Made by a program: the position numbers and the translations under genes. Shown one piece after another: positions 25,476 through 37,604 of a DNA stretch of 64,000 nucleotides. The stretch is taken from contig CAVOVE010000001.1 in the NCBI GenBank assembly GCA_963699775.1, positions 219,772 to 283,771 of the forward strand, read 5' to 3'. The notes beneath the pieces are model-generated. The model saw nothing but the letters and a program-made list of their open reading frames with translations. It did no database searches and was not told the DNA's origin. This DNA is from an uncultured Candidatus Rokubacteria bacterium. Lineage in GTDB: Bacteria; JAUVQV01; DATDCY01. Position 1 is the stretch's first letter. Each line of letters starts with the position of its first letter.

Positions 25476-26182
25476 TCGACCTGCACACCCACATCCTGCC
25501 GGGCCTGGATCACGGTCCGGCCGACTGGGCCGAAGCACTTGCGATGTGCCGCATCGCCGTCGCGGACGGGATCACGGCGATCGCAGCCACCCCCCACGTC
25601 AGCGAGGTCTTTCCGAACTCTCCCCAGCGCATCGAGGCCGCGACGGCCGAACTGCGTCTGCGCCTCGGGGCCGCCGGGATTCCCCTCACCGTCCACGTTG
25701 GCGGCGACCATCACGTCAGCCCCGACCTGTCGCCGCGCAACGTGCTGACCCTCGGCGGCAATGGGCGCTACTTCCTGCTCGAGTTCCCCTACCAGGTTCT
25801 CCCGCCGCGCGCGGAGGTCTTCATCAAGACCCTGCTCGAGCGCGGGCTCTCGCCGATCGTGACCCACCCGGAGCGCACCGCCTCGCTGCAGCGCGACTGG
25901 CGCCGGCTGGAACCGCTGGTGAAGGCCGGCGCGCTCGTGCAGGTCACTGCGGGGAGCCTCCTCGGCGAATTCGGTCCCGCGGCGACTTCGACGGCAAAGC
26001 ACTTTCTCAAGAAGGGCTGGGTTCATCTCCTCGCCAGCGACGCGCACTGGGAGCAGGAGCGTTCGCCCCGTCTCGCCGAAGGGCGCGCCGCGGCCGCGAA
26101 GCTCGTCGGCGAGGAGACGGCCTGGGCCCTGGTCAAGGACAACCCCGCGGCGATCCTCGGGGGGCGCGATCTTCCGGGTTGA
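25472..26182 (+). CDS. PHP-family protein-tyrosine phosphatase (CpsB/YwqE-like)
   Basis: [15 protein letters not shown]...ATPH...LVQVTAGSLLG...LLASDAHW; conserved His/Asp metal ligands of CpsB-type phosphatases. Confidence 0.75.
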   Translation: MIDLHTHILPGLDHGPADWAEALAMCRIAVADGITAIAATPHVSEVFPNSPQRIEAATAELRLRLGAAGIPLTVHVGGDHHVSPDLSPRNVLTLGGNGRYFLLEFPYQVLPPRAEVFIKTLLERGLSPIVTHPERTASLQRDWRRLEPLVKAGALVQVTAGSLLGEFGPAATSTAKHFLKKGWVHLLASDAHWEQERSPRLAEGRAAAAKLVGEETAWALVKDNPAAILGGRDLPG

Positions 26183-26209
26183 GCGGAGCCGGCGCCGAAG
26201 TGACCCGGG

Positions 26210-27805
26210 CTAACGGGGAGGGGCGAAGCGCCGGATGATGGCTTCGGCGGCGCGCAGGCCGTCGACCGCAGCCGAGACGATGCCGCCGGCGTGCCCGGCG
26301 CCCTCGCCGGCCGGATACAGGCCGCACACGCTGCTTTGCCCGTCGTCGTCGCGCAGGACCCGCACCGGTGAGGAACTTCGTGTTTCCACGCCCGTGAGCA
26401 GTGCGTCCGGGTGCGCAAAGCCCCGGAGTTTGCGCTCGAGTGCGGGGAGCGCCGCGCGCAGGGCCTGGACCGCGAACTCCGGCAGGCAGCGCGCGAGGTC
26501 GCCGGGCCGCCAGCCGGGACGATAGGTCGGCAGCACGTCGCCGAGCCGCTCCGAGGCCCGGCCGGCGAGGAAGTCCCCGAGCCGCTGCACCGGCGCCGCG
26601 TGCCCCCCGCCGCCGAGCGCGTAGGCCGCGCGCTCCCAGCGCCGCTGGAAATCCAGCCCGGCCAGCGGTTCACTGCCCCCGAAGTCCCCCGGCCGGACGC
26701 TGACGAGCAGGGCGCTGTTGGCGTTGCGGCCGTCGCGGGCAAAGCGGCTCATCCCGTTGGTCACGACGCCGTCCGCCTCCGAGGCCGCGGGCACGACCTC
26801 TCCCCCCGGGCACATGCAGAAGGAATAGACCGACCGGTCGCCCGCGCCGTGGTGCACGAGTTTGTACTCGGCGGCGCCGAGGCGCGGGTGCCCGGCGACT
26901 GCGCCGTACTGCGTGCGGTCGATCCCGGACTGGTGGTGCTCGATGCGCACGCCGAGCGAGAAGGCCTTGTGCGCCAGGGCGACGCCGCGGGCCTGCAGCA
27001 TGGCGAACGTGTCCCGGGCGCTGTGGCCCGCCGCGAGGACAACCGCTCCCGCCGGGATCCCGCGCTCGCCGGCGACAACCACCCCGCGCACCTGCCCGGC
27101 CTCGACGAGGAGGTCGGCGACCCGCTGTCCGAAGCGCACCTCGCCGCCGGCGGCGAGGATGCGCGCGCGCAGCGCCGGCACCACGCGCCGCAGATTGTCG
27201 GTGCCGATGTGCGGCTTGGCGGAGACGAGGATCTCGGGCGGCGCGCCGCAGGCCGCCAGTTCGGCGAAGACCTTGTGGCGGCGATCGTCCCCGATGAGCG
27301 TGTAGAGCTTGCCGTCCGAAAAGGTCCCGGCGCCGCCTTCGCCGAACACGATGTTGGACTCGGGGTCGAAGACGCCGCGCTCGAGCAGGTTCGCGACGTC
27401 GAGCGCGCGCCGTTCGACGGGCTGACCGCGCTCGAGCAGCAGCGGCCGGTACCCGGTCTCGGCGAGCAGCAGCGCGGCGAAGAGCCCCGCGGGGCCGCTG
27501 CCGACGATCACGGGCCGATCAAGGAGCCGCTCGCCGCCCGGTTGCGGGGGCTGGTACCGATACTCCGGCGCGGGCTCGAGTTTGCCGACAGCCGACTTTG
27601 CGAGCACGGCCGCCGGGTCCGCGACCTCGGCGTCCAGGAGGTAGACGATCTGGACGCGGTCCTTCTTCCGGGCGTCCACCGAGCGCCGAGCCACGCGCCA
27701 GGAGAGCAGTTCGTCCGCCGGGATGTCGAGACGCTCGAGGAGGGCCGATCGCAGCTGCGCTTCGTCGTGGTCGGGAGGAAGCTTGACCTCGAAGACGCGA
27801 ATCAT
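26210..27805 (-). CDS. FAD-dependent dehydrogenase (COG2509-like)
   Basis: 531 aa from MIRVFEV...; FAD-binding GSGPAG. Lies inside the apparent 985-aa ORF 26210..29167, which really fuses two genes through wrong-frame read-through. Confidence 0.7.
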   Translation of the reverse strand: MIRVFEVKLPPDHDEAQLRSALLERLDIPADELLSWRVARRSVDARKKDRVQIVYLLDAEVADPAAVLAKSAVGKLEPAPEYRYQPPQPGGERLLDRPVIVGSGPAGLFAALLLAETGYRPLLLERGQPVERRALDVANLLERGVFDPESNIVFGEGGAGTFSDGKLYTLIGDDRRHKVFAELAACGAPPEILVSAKPHIGTDNLRRVVPALRARILAAGGEVRFGQRVADLLVEAGQVRGVVVAGERGIPAGAVVLAAGHSARDTFAMLQARGVALAHKAFSLGVRIEHHQSGIDRTQYGAVAGHPRLGAAEYKLVHHGAGDRSVYSFCMCPGGEVVPAASEADGVVTNGMSRFARDGRNANSALLVSVRPGDFGGSEPLAGLDFQRRWERAAYALGGGGHAAPVQRLGDFLAGRASERLGDVLPTYRPGWRPGDLARCLPEFAVQALRAALPALERKLRGFAHPDALLTGVETRSSSPVRVLRDDDGQSSVCGLYPAGEGAGHAGGIVSAAVDGLRAAEAIIRRFAPPR

Positions 27806-29167
27806 GGCGCCATCCCTGTTGGCGACGGCGGGGATTTCAGGGCATGTGCCGCCGCCCCCGTCCCGGCGAGGTGTCCCGAGGACCAGGCCCACTGGAGGTT
27901 GAACCCGCCGCAGTCCCCGTCGATGTCCAGGATCTCGCCGGCGAAGAAGAGCCCGGGGGCGAGCCGCGACTCGAGCGTTGCGGGGGACACGTCCGCGACG
28001 TCCACGCCGCCGGCGGTGACCTGCGCGTCCGTCCAGGAGTCCGTCCCCGTGACCGCGAAGCGTCCAGCGCTTGAGCACCGCGGCGACGGCGACGATCTGC
28101 CGTTCGCCGATTGCGGCGGCCGGTCGGGTCGGGTCGGGGATGCCGGCAGTCTTGAGGACCGGCACGATCAGGCGCTTGTTCAGGAAGCCGACCAGCGCGA
28201 ATTCGGCGCTCGCTGGCGAGGTGGCGGGGGTCAACCCCGCCCCTACGACGGTTTTCGGTTCGTAGGGGCGGGGTTGACCCCCGCCCGGCGCCCGGCGCCC
28301 GGCGAATCGTTCGCGCAGGAGTGCCTCCAGTTCGCTCGCTCGAACTCCGGGCAGAGATCGAGCTGCACGCTGGCTCCTTCGCCGCTTTGCACCAGCTCGC
28401 CGGCGCGACGGCTCAGGTCGAGGATCGGCGGACCGGAGAGGCCGGTTTCGGTGAAGAGGATCTCGCCGGCTGCGGCGCTCTCCGCGTCGTGAAGAGCGCG
28501 CTCGCCGCGGTGGCTGCCCCGTCCCTGCGGCACGAGCGAGGCCACGCCCTCGATTTTCACGCCCTTGAGGTGTTTTAAAAACGGGGAGGCCACGCGGATC
28601 CGCGTCAGGGCGGGGAAGGGCGGGACCAGGCGGTGGCCGAGCGGCTGCACCAGCCCGTAGCCGCTGCCGTTCGAGCCCAGTTGCGGCGAGGCCCGCCCGC
28701 CGCTGGCGAGCACCACGGCGCCGCAGCTGAACGTCTCCCCGCGCGTGGCGACCTCCCACCCGTCGCGCCCCGGCGCCAGGCGCGCGACCCCGGCCTCGCA
28801 GCGGGTCGAAACCCCGCGGCGCGCCAGTTCGTGGCGCAGCACGTCGAGGACGGCGGCGGCCTGCCCGGAGCGCGGGAAGATCTTGCCGGCCTCTTCCTCG
28901 CGCGGTTCGATGCCGAGGCCCCGGAAGAAGGCGAGCGTCGCCTCGAGATCGAACGCGGCCAGCGCCGCGCCGGCGAATCCGGGGTCCGTCCCGTGGAAGC
29001 GGTTCAGAGCGAGATGTGCGTTCGCGAAATTGCAGCGTCCGTTCCCGGTGGCCAGCAGCTTCTTGCCGACGCGGGGCATGCGCTCGAGGACGGTGACCGC
29101 CGCGCCGCGCCGCGCCGCGGCGATCGCCGCGACCATGCCGGCGGCGCCCGCCGCCGATGACGATCAC
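27802..29167 (-). CDS. HI0933/BaiN-like NAD(FAD)-utilising flavoprotein; 3-4 frameshifts and an in-frame palindromic insertion
   Basis: N-terminus VIVIGGGAAGMVAAIAAARRG (with a 1-nt indel). C-terminus LAPGLFFAGEILDIDGDCGGFNLQWAWSSGHLAG is the HI0933 signature. Confidence 0.7.
28222..28300. repeat. Perfect 24-bp-stem palindrome plus 3 tandem cccggcg units inserted within the HI0933-like CDS
   Basis: cgggggtcaaccccgcccctacga / ggttttcggt / tcgtaggggcggggttgacccccg, followed by cccggcgcccggcgcccggcg. Translates as about 31 extra residues relative to family members. Confidence 0.55.
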
Positions 29168-29213
29168 CCGGCCCGCGCGTCCACGGGATTACCGCTGCTT
29201 CGCGAGATAGAAC

Positions 29214-30885
29214 GTGAGGACGCAGCCGGCGGTCAGCAGTCCGGTCGCGACCCAGAAGAGCGGGATGTGCCAGGGAGACCCCTGCAGCGCGACAAGGTCG
29301 AACGTGAAGAGCACGGTCCCCAGGTGCAGCAGCGAGGAGCCCGGCGCGCAGGGCAAGTCCGCGGCCGGCGAAGTGCAGGCGCGCGCCCGCGAGCACGAGC
29401 GCGAGGATCGCCGTCTGAAGCAGCGCCGAGAGCCCGAGCACGAGACCGAGCGCGAAGCGCGCCCCGCCGTAGGGAAGGGCGGCGAGGCCGAGCGCGAGCA
29501 TCCCCGCCGAGTAGCCGAGCAGGACCCGCTTCGAGAAGAGCCGCTTCGGGATGCAGAGCACGAGCCAGAGGATGAGCAGCACGACGAGCGGCGTGGCGAG
29601 GCGGTTCATCATCTCCTGGAAGGCGGGCACCGACCAGCCCGGGCCGGGCGGCGTGCGATCTTGTAATAGAACATCCCCCAGAGCGCGAGCGCGCCGAAGG
29701 CCGCGAGCGTGAGGCGCGGTCAGCAGCACGACGCGCAGATCATGGTCCCAGCCGACGGCTCGGTCGGCGTCCAGCACCGGCGGCGCGGCGTCGGCGTCTG
29801 CGCCGCCGCTGGAGGTCGGCTGCTCGACTTGGAAGGTGTGCTCCCCGGGGAAGTACCAGGCCATGAAGTAGGTGAAGATCAGCGAGAAGAAGCAGAGGAT
29901 ACCCAGCCAGGCGTGCAGGAACCAGACCCGCCGCCGGTGCACGTAGAGCCGCGTGTGCAGGAACCCGGTGTAGAGCAGCCACATCATGATCGAGGCGCGC
30001 GATCTTCGGGTCCCACCACCAGTTCGGTCCCCAGGCCTGCAGGGCCCAGGGGTAGCCGATCAGCATCCCGACGGTGAGCAGCAGGTACCCGAGCTTGGCG
30101 TACAGGTAGGCTTCGCGCTCCTGCTCGCGGCGCGCCGAGAAGAGCATGAAGACGCACGCCACGAACGTCACGGTCAGCAGCGCGTAGGCCGACGAAGAGC
30201 AGCGGCGGGTGAATCCACATGTACGGGGCGTTGTAGTAGAAGATCATGCGCGGGTAGATCTTGAAAAACAGCTGCACCTTGAGGCCGATGTTCGCCCCGG
30301 CCGCGAACCACGGCTCGATCTCGCCGCGGAACTGCGCGAGCGGCTCCGTGAAGGGCTTCGCGAAGAAGACGACGCCGGCGAGGTAGATCGACGAGCCCGA
30401 CGTAGAGCGCGGTGCGAAACGGCCGGGCGGCGCGGCGCGAGAAGGGGTAGATCAGCGCGAGGCCGTAGACCAGCGCCCAGAAGAAGAATTTCTCCCCTTC
30501 GATCCAGAGCGGGATGGCGTAGCGCGGCGGGTTCGCCCAGTCCACCGCCGGGAGGCCGCCGCGGCCGGCCTCGCGCCATCGCCTCGAACTGGGCGTTGAT
30601 CCAGGCGCCGGCGCGGGCGTCGAGTTCCAGCGGCAGGTCGCTCCAGATGCGCAGGTGGTACCAGGCGAGCAGCGCGAAGGAGGCGACCAGCGCGCCGACG
30701 ACGGCGGCCAGCAGCCAGCCCTCGGTCCGGTCCGGACCCTCGTCAGCGGCCCCGGCGCGCCGCGCCAGCAGCGGCAGGGCCGTCCGCGCGAGCAGCGCGA
30801 GCCCGGCGAGGGCGGCCGCCCAGAGCAGCCACGGCCCGACCCGCTCGAGCAGGGGCGTGGCGGCCTGGAATTGTTGCGGGAACAT
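29214..30885 (-). CDS. ccsA: Cytochrome c-type biogenesis protein CcsA/ResC family (WWD heme-handling domain) with long N-terminal membrane extension; 3-4 frameshifts
   Basis: WGPNWWWDPK and downstream WLLYTGFLHTR (the WGxxWxWDPKE...YAxYLH motif) across ORFs 30244..30885, 30174..30545, 29740..30171 and 29004..29987; multiple transmembrane helices. Confidence 0.55.
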
Positions 30886-30897
30886 TCGGGGGATCGG

Positions 30898-32227
<1,330 letters not shown>

Positions 32228-32394
32228 TTACGTGCAGAGTGAAAAATACCACAAATTCCGGCTCCGCGGTTGACGGATCGGTCACCGCCAGGATTCTCAT
32301 GAGAGGTTTACATTTGGCCATCGTTTGTGCATACATACTCAAGAGTTTGTCAGTCGGTCAGAGGGTGAGCGGAGTGTTCATTTCAAAGGAGGTG

Positions 32395-33153
32395 GCTGTG
32401 AAAAAGATGCTGTTGTTTTTGCCAGGCGCAGTGTTGCTCTGCGCCCTTGCGGCAGGAGCGGCGGATTATGTCCTGCCGACGGGGGTGAAGGAAATCACCA
32501 CGCCGGAACTGAAGGCCCTGTTCGATAACAACGAAAAATATGTGCTGATCAACCCCTTGAGCGCGCTGGAGTTCACCCAGTCGAAGATTAAAGGCGCGGT
32601 CTGTCTCCCGTATGGCCACCTCCTGGACGGCTCGATACAGTTGCCCGCCGATAAAGGCGGCAAACTGATATTTTATTGCCTGGGTCCTGGCTGAACAAAA
32701 TCTCCGAAAGCCGCCGGTCTGGCGGTCCAGAAAGGCTACACGAACGTATTTGTCTATCTTCCGGGCTATCCCGATTGGAAAAAAAACGGGTATCCGGTTG
32801 AGGTCATGAACAACTTCGTCGCGAACGTCGAGATCCCGAAAGTAACGGCCGCCGAACTCAAAGGAAGGCTCGACAGGGGCGAGGCCATCACCCTCGTCGA
32901 CTTGAGAGACAGCGAGGATCGGGGAAGTGGGGCCATCAAGGGGGCACGCTGGATACCGCTTGAAAATCTTATGGCCAGGTATGGCGAAATCCCGAAGGCG
33001 AACCCCGTTTTTCTCGTGAGCCTTCGCGGAATGCAGGGCACGATCGCCGGCAAATACCTGGTCAATCAGGGATACACCAAGGTCGCCATTCTCGAAAATG
33101 GCATGGAGGACGGCTGGCTGGCCGCGGGCTACCCGGTAGAAAAGATACCGTAG
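32395..33153 (+). CDS. Secreted tandem rhodanese-domain protein (second domain lacks the catalytic Cys); one frameshift near 32690
   Basis: Signal peptide MLLFLPGAVLLCALAAGA. Domain 1 ends FYCLGPG (Cys loop), domain 2 reads VSLRGMQG. AGGAGG ribosome-binding site. Region is about 52% GC. Confidence 0.6.
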
Positions 33154-33191
33154 GCGAGCGCCGGCGTGGCGCTGTCACCGTCACGCCGGCG

Positions 33192-33386
33192 TCAGCGGCC
33201 CCCGCTTCTCTTGCGGCCGGCGGTCGGCTTGCCCTTCGCCCTGGCGGGCGTCGGTTTGGGCGGTTGACGCGCTTTTCCCTTCGTCGGGGGGAGCGGCTCG
33301 GCCGACGGCGCGTGTCCATCCTTCGGGCTGCTCCCCTTCAGGAGATTGCGAAAATACTCGACATCGAAATCGTCGGCGTCCGGCAT
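33192..33386 (-). CDS. Small hypothetical protein (acidic N-terminus, Lys/Arg/Pro-rich C-terminus)
   Basis: MPDADDFDVEYFRNLLKG...KGKARQPPKPTPARAKGKPTAGRKRSGGR; good GAGGAGG ribosome-binding site 5 nt upstream on the minus strand. Confidence 0.35.
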   Translation of the reverse strand: MPDADDFDVEYFRNLLKGSSPKDGHAPSAEPLPPTKGKARQPPKPTPARAKGKPTAGRKRSGGR

Positions 33387-33549
33387 CTCATCCTCCTCGT
33401 GGCTGTTCCCCTGACCAGGCGGTAAGTATAAACTTGTTTGCGGGGGTGCGGCGGTGCCCATCCTTTCGCGCTGGAGAAAGGGGGGTTGAGCAACAGTCTC
33501 AAGATTTTCTTGTCGCATCGGACAAGAACGAGACGGTTCATGCCGCCAA

Positions 33550-34557
33550 ATGCCGTGGGACAAGGTTTCCGTTCAGACGGGTCAGGGCCCCGTCTCCGGG
33601 ATCGCGCCGGTCATCATCTCCGCCAGCCGGGCGACCGACATCCCCGCGTTCTACGGGGAGTGGTTCGCCGGTCGACTCGCCGCCGGCTACCTCGCGTGGA
33701 CAAATCCCCGCAACAACCGGCAGCACCAGATCGTCTCCTTCGCCAAAACCAGGGCGGTCGTTTTCTGGAGCAAGAACCCGGCGCCGATCGAACGCCATCT
33801 CGATCAACTCGACGAGCGGGGGATCAATTACTACTTCACCTTTACGGTCAACGACTATGAGCGGGAAGGCCTCGAGAAGTCGGTTCCACCCCTCGACGGG
33901 AGACTGGCGACATTCCGGAGACTTTCGGAGCGCCTCGGGAGCGAGCGCGTTGTCTGGCGCTTCGACCCGATCATTGTCGGCGGCTCACTCACCCCGGAGC
34001 GGATTCTCGAGAAAATCGCGCGCATCGGCGAGCGGCTGCAGCGGCACACGAGGAAGCTGGTCATCAGTTTCGCCGATATCTCCAGGTACCGCAACGTCCG
34101 GGAGAATCTGAAGCGCTCGGGGTCGGGCGACAGCGAGGAGCCCGGCCCGGAAGCGGTGCAGCGGATCGCGCGGGGGATTCAACGTCTCAACCGAAACTGG
34201 GGGCTCAGCATCGCCAGTTGCGCCGAGAAGGTCGATCTCGCGGCTTTCGACATCGCCCACAACCGCTGCATCGACGACGATCTGATGGCGCGCGTCTTTT
34301 CGCACGACGCTGAGTTGATGGCGTTTCTCGGCCGCGGCGTGGCGCCGCTCTCCCGATCCGGCGATCGCGACGCACCCTCCCGCAAAGACCGCAACCAACG
34401 CACGGCTTGCGGGTGCATCGCGAGCAAGGACGTCGGGCGGTACAACACCTGCCCGCACCACTGCGTCTACTGTTATGCGAATTTCTCGTTCAAGCGTGCG
34501 GATGACGCCTGGAAGAACCACACGCCGGGGAGCGAGACGATCGAGCAGGGGGTTTGA
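33550..34557 (+). CDS. DUF1848-like conserved protein with C-terminal Cys cluster
   Basis: IISASRATDIPAFYGEWF... N-terminus and CGCIASKDVGRYNTCPHHCVYCYAN C-terminal motif, as in DUF1848 family members. The family assignment is from memory. Confidence 0.5.
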   Translation: MPWDKVSVQTGQGPVSGIAPVIISASRATDIPAFYGEWFAGRLAAGYLAWTNPRNNRQHQIVSFAKTRAVVFWSKNPAPIERHLDQLDERGINYYFTFTVNDYEREGLEKSVPPLDGRLATFRRLSERLGSERVVWRFDPIIVGGSLTPERILEKIARIGERLQRHTRKLVISFADISRYRNVRENLKRSGSGDSEEPGPEAVQRIARGIQRLNRNWGLSIASCAEKVDLAAFDIAHNRCIDDDLMARVFSHDAELMAFLGRGVAPLSRSGDRDAPSRKDRNQRTACGCIASKDVGRYNTCPHHCVYCYANFSFKRADDAWKNHTPGSETIEQGV

Positions 34558-34630
34558 CGCAAAGCCCGCGCGCCCCTACGATGACACAGGCGGGGGCTGG
34601 GGACATGGCGGACCACACGGTGGAATAATC

Positions 34631-37370
34631 ATGACGCACGGACGCAAGCGACTCTACCTGATCGACGGGAACTCCTACATCTACCGGGCCTTCCACGCCA
34701 TCCGGAATCTCTCGAACTCCAGGGGCTTCCCGACCAACGCGATCTACGGCTTCGCGACGATGCTGCTGAAGATCGTGCGCGAGGAGAAGCCGGACTACCT
34801 CGCGGTTGTGTTCGACACCAAGGGCCCGACCACCCGCCACGAGTACTACCCGCAGTACAAGGCCACGCGGCCGCCGATGCCCGAGGGGATGGTGCCGCAG
34901 ATCCCGGTCATCTGGGACCTGGTGCGCGCCTACCGGATCCCGGTCATCCAGCAGGAGGGGATCGAGGCCGACGACCTGCTCGCCGCCGCGGCCCGCGAGG
35001 GACTGCAAGCACCACCTCGACGTCGTGCTCGTCAGCGGCGACAAGGACCTGCTCCAGCTCGTCGGCCCGCACGTCGTGGTGCTCGACACGATGAAGGAGC
35101 AGCGCTGGACCCCCGAGGCAGGTCGAGAAGCGCTACGGGATCGGGCCGGAGCGTCTCGTCCAGATGATGGCGCTGATGGGCGACGCGATCGACAACGTGC
35201 CGGGCGTGCGCGGCGTCGGCGAGAAGACCGCGATCGAGCTCGTGAAGCAGTTCGGGACTCTGGAGCAGCTGTACGCGCGCATCGACGAGGTCAAGGGGGC
35301 GCGCCGCAAGGCGCTGGAGGCCGGCCGGGAGGACGCGTTCCTCTCGCGGCGGCTGGTGACCCTCGACCCGGACGTGCCGTTCGGCGTCAACCTCGACGAA
35401 CTGCGGCCGCAGGAGCCCGACACCGCCGCCGCGCTGTCGATTTTCCGGGAGATGGAGTTCTCGCGGCTGGTGCGCGAACTCGGCGCCGGGGCTGCGGAGT
35501 CGGCGCAGGCCTCGGCCGGAGACGAGGCGGAGGGGCAGCGGCCGCACCCCGAGCGGCCCGCGCGCGACTACCGGCTGGTCGTCACGCGCGAGGAGCTCGC
35601 CGCCCTGGCGCAGCTGCTGCGCGCCTCGGGCGGGTTCGCCGTCGACCTGGAGACGACGAGCCTGGAGCCGCTGCGCGCCGACATCGTCGGCCTCTCGTTC
35701 TCGGCGGCGCCGCACACGGCCTGGTACGTCCCGGTCGGGCACCGCTACCTCGGCGCGCCGGCGCAGCTGCCGCTGCGACGAGGTGCTCGCCGCGCTCGGC
35801 CCGCTGCTCGTCGACCCCGCGCTCCCCAAGTACGGGCAGAACATCAAGTACGACGCGCTGGTGCTCGCCCGCGCCGGCATCGAACTGGCGGGGATCGGCT
35901 TCGACACGATGGTCGCCTCGTACGTGATCAACCCGACGCGGCACCAGCACAACCTGGCGGAGCTGGCGCTCGAGTATCTCGGCGAACAGGTCACGACCTA
36001 CAAGGACGTCGCCGGCTCGGGGAAGAAGCAGATCCCGTTCGCCGAGGTCGAGGTCGAGAAGGCGCGCGACTACAGCGGCGAGGACGCCGACGTCGCCTTC
36101 CGGCTGACGAGGCTGCTCGCGCCGAAGATCGACGAGCTCGGCTTTCACGCGCTCTTCTACGACCTCGAGCTGCCGCTGGTCGCGGTGCTCGCGCGCATGG
36201 AGCGCAACGGCGTCTGCATCGACTCCCAGCGGCTGCGCGACGGCTCGAAGGAGGCCGACATCCAGCTCCAGGAGCTGATGCGGCGGATCTGGGCGATCGC
36301 GGGGCAGGAATTCAACATCAACTCGCCCAAGCAGCTCGGGGAGATCCTGTTCGACAAGCTCGGCCTGCCGGTCGTGCGCCGGACCAAGACCGGCCGCTCG
36401 ACCGACGAGGACGTGCTCACGCGGCTGGCGGCCAGCCACGAGCTGCCCGCGGAGATCCTCGCCTGGCGCTCGCTCGCGAAGCTCAAGAACACCTACCTCG
36501 ACGTGCTGCCGACGCTCGTCAACCCGGAGACCGGCCGCGTGCACACCTCCTTCAACCAGACGGTGACGGCGACCGGGCGGCTCTCCTCCTCGGACCCGAA
36601 CCTGCAGAACATCCCGGTGCGCACCGAGCTGGGACGGCGCATCCGCGAGTCGTTCACCGCGGCGCCGGGCAGCATCCTCGTCTCGGCCGACTACTCCCAG
36701 ATCGAGCTGCGGATCATGGCGCACCTCTCGGGGGACGCCGAGCTGTGCGACTCCTTCCGCCGCGGCGAGGACATCCACGCGCGCACGGCGGCCCTGATGT
36801 TCGGCGGGGAGGCGGCCGCGGTGACCGGCGAGCAGCGGCGCGCGGCCAAGGCGATCAACTTCGGGATCATCTACGGCATGGGCGCCTACGGGCTCTCGCA
36901 GCAGCTGGGCATCGACCAGAAGCAGGCGAAGGAGTTCATCGAGCGCTACTTCGAGCGCTACCCGGGCGTGCGCGTCTGGCTCGACCGGACGATCGAGGAG
37001 GCGCGGCGCACCGGCTACGTCGAGACGCTGCTCGGGCGCCGGCGCTACCTGCCGGAGATCGCCTCGACGCAACCGCAGCGTCGCGCAGTTCGCCGAGCGC
37101 ATGGCGATCAACACGCCGGTCCAGGGCACGGCGGCCGACATGATCAAGCAGGCGATGCTCGCGATCGACCGCGAGCTGGCCGCGCCGAAGCACCGCTGGC
37201 AGGCGCTGATGGTGCTGCAGATCCACGACGAGCTGCTCTTCGAGGTGCCCGAGGGCGAGGCGGAGCGGCTCGTCGCGATGGTGCGCGAGAAGATGGAGGG
37301 GGTCATGAAGCTCGCGGTGCCGATCAAGGTCGACGTCGGCCGCGGCCTCAACTGGGCCGAGGCCCATTGA
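34631..37370 (+). CDS. polA: DNA polymerase I; about 4 frameshifts
   Basis: 5'-3' exonuclease N-terminus (YRAFHA), 3'-5' exonuclease and polymerase domains (motif A DYSQIELR, motif B RRAAKAINFGIIYG, motif C QIHDELLFE) across ORFs 34475..35167, 34806..35927, 35164..37143, 35783..37486 and 37101..37370. Confidence 0.9.
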
Positions 37371-37402
37371 CTATTCCGGCAGCCGTGAAGGGAGTCGTCT
37401 GC

Positions 37403-37604
37403 GTGCGCGAGGCGACCGGGGCGTCCCTTCGGTCGTGCGTCTCAGCCGCCGGCCCGGAGCGCCGCCCGGGGCTCGCGGTCTCGTAACTCGCCCTGCTGGC
37501 TCAAACAACGAGCCCGCGTTTCCTGCGGAAACCGCCCCGGTCGGCACTCCGGGCTGATCGGCGTCTTCGCGCATCTTCCCTCAGTGACGCCCCAGCCGCC
37601 TCGT
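37403..37604 (+). repeat. Full-length copy (about 200 bp) of the dispersed MITE-like element immediately after polA
   Basis: Aligns end-to-end with 23622-23816; terminal inverted repeats gcgaggcgacc.../...cagccgcctcg. Confidence 0.6.

Noticed and set aside
26210-29167. Single 985-aa ORF on the minus strand
   Set aside because: It is read-through across two separate genes (COG2509-like FAD dehydrogenase and HI0933-like flavoprotein) in partly wrong frames. The domain signatures are in different frames with a start codon (MIRVFEV) at 27805.
33434-34111. ORF 33434..34111 (+) and other overlapping alternative-frame ORFs over the DUF1848-like gene
   Set aside because: Arg/Ser/Pro-rich low-complexity translations overlapping a frame with clear conserved motifs. 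Spurious.
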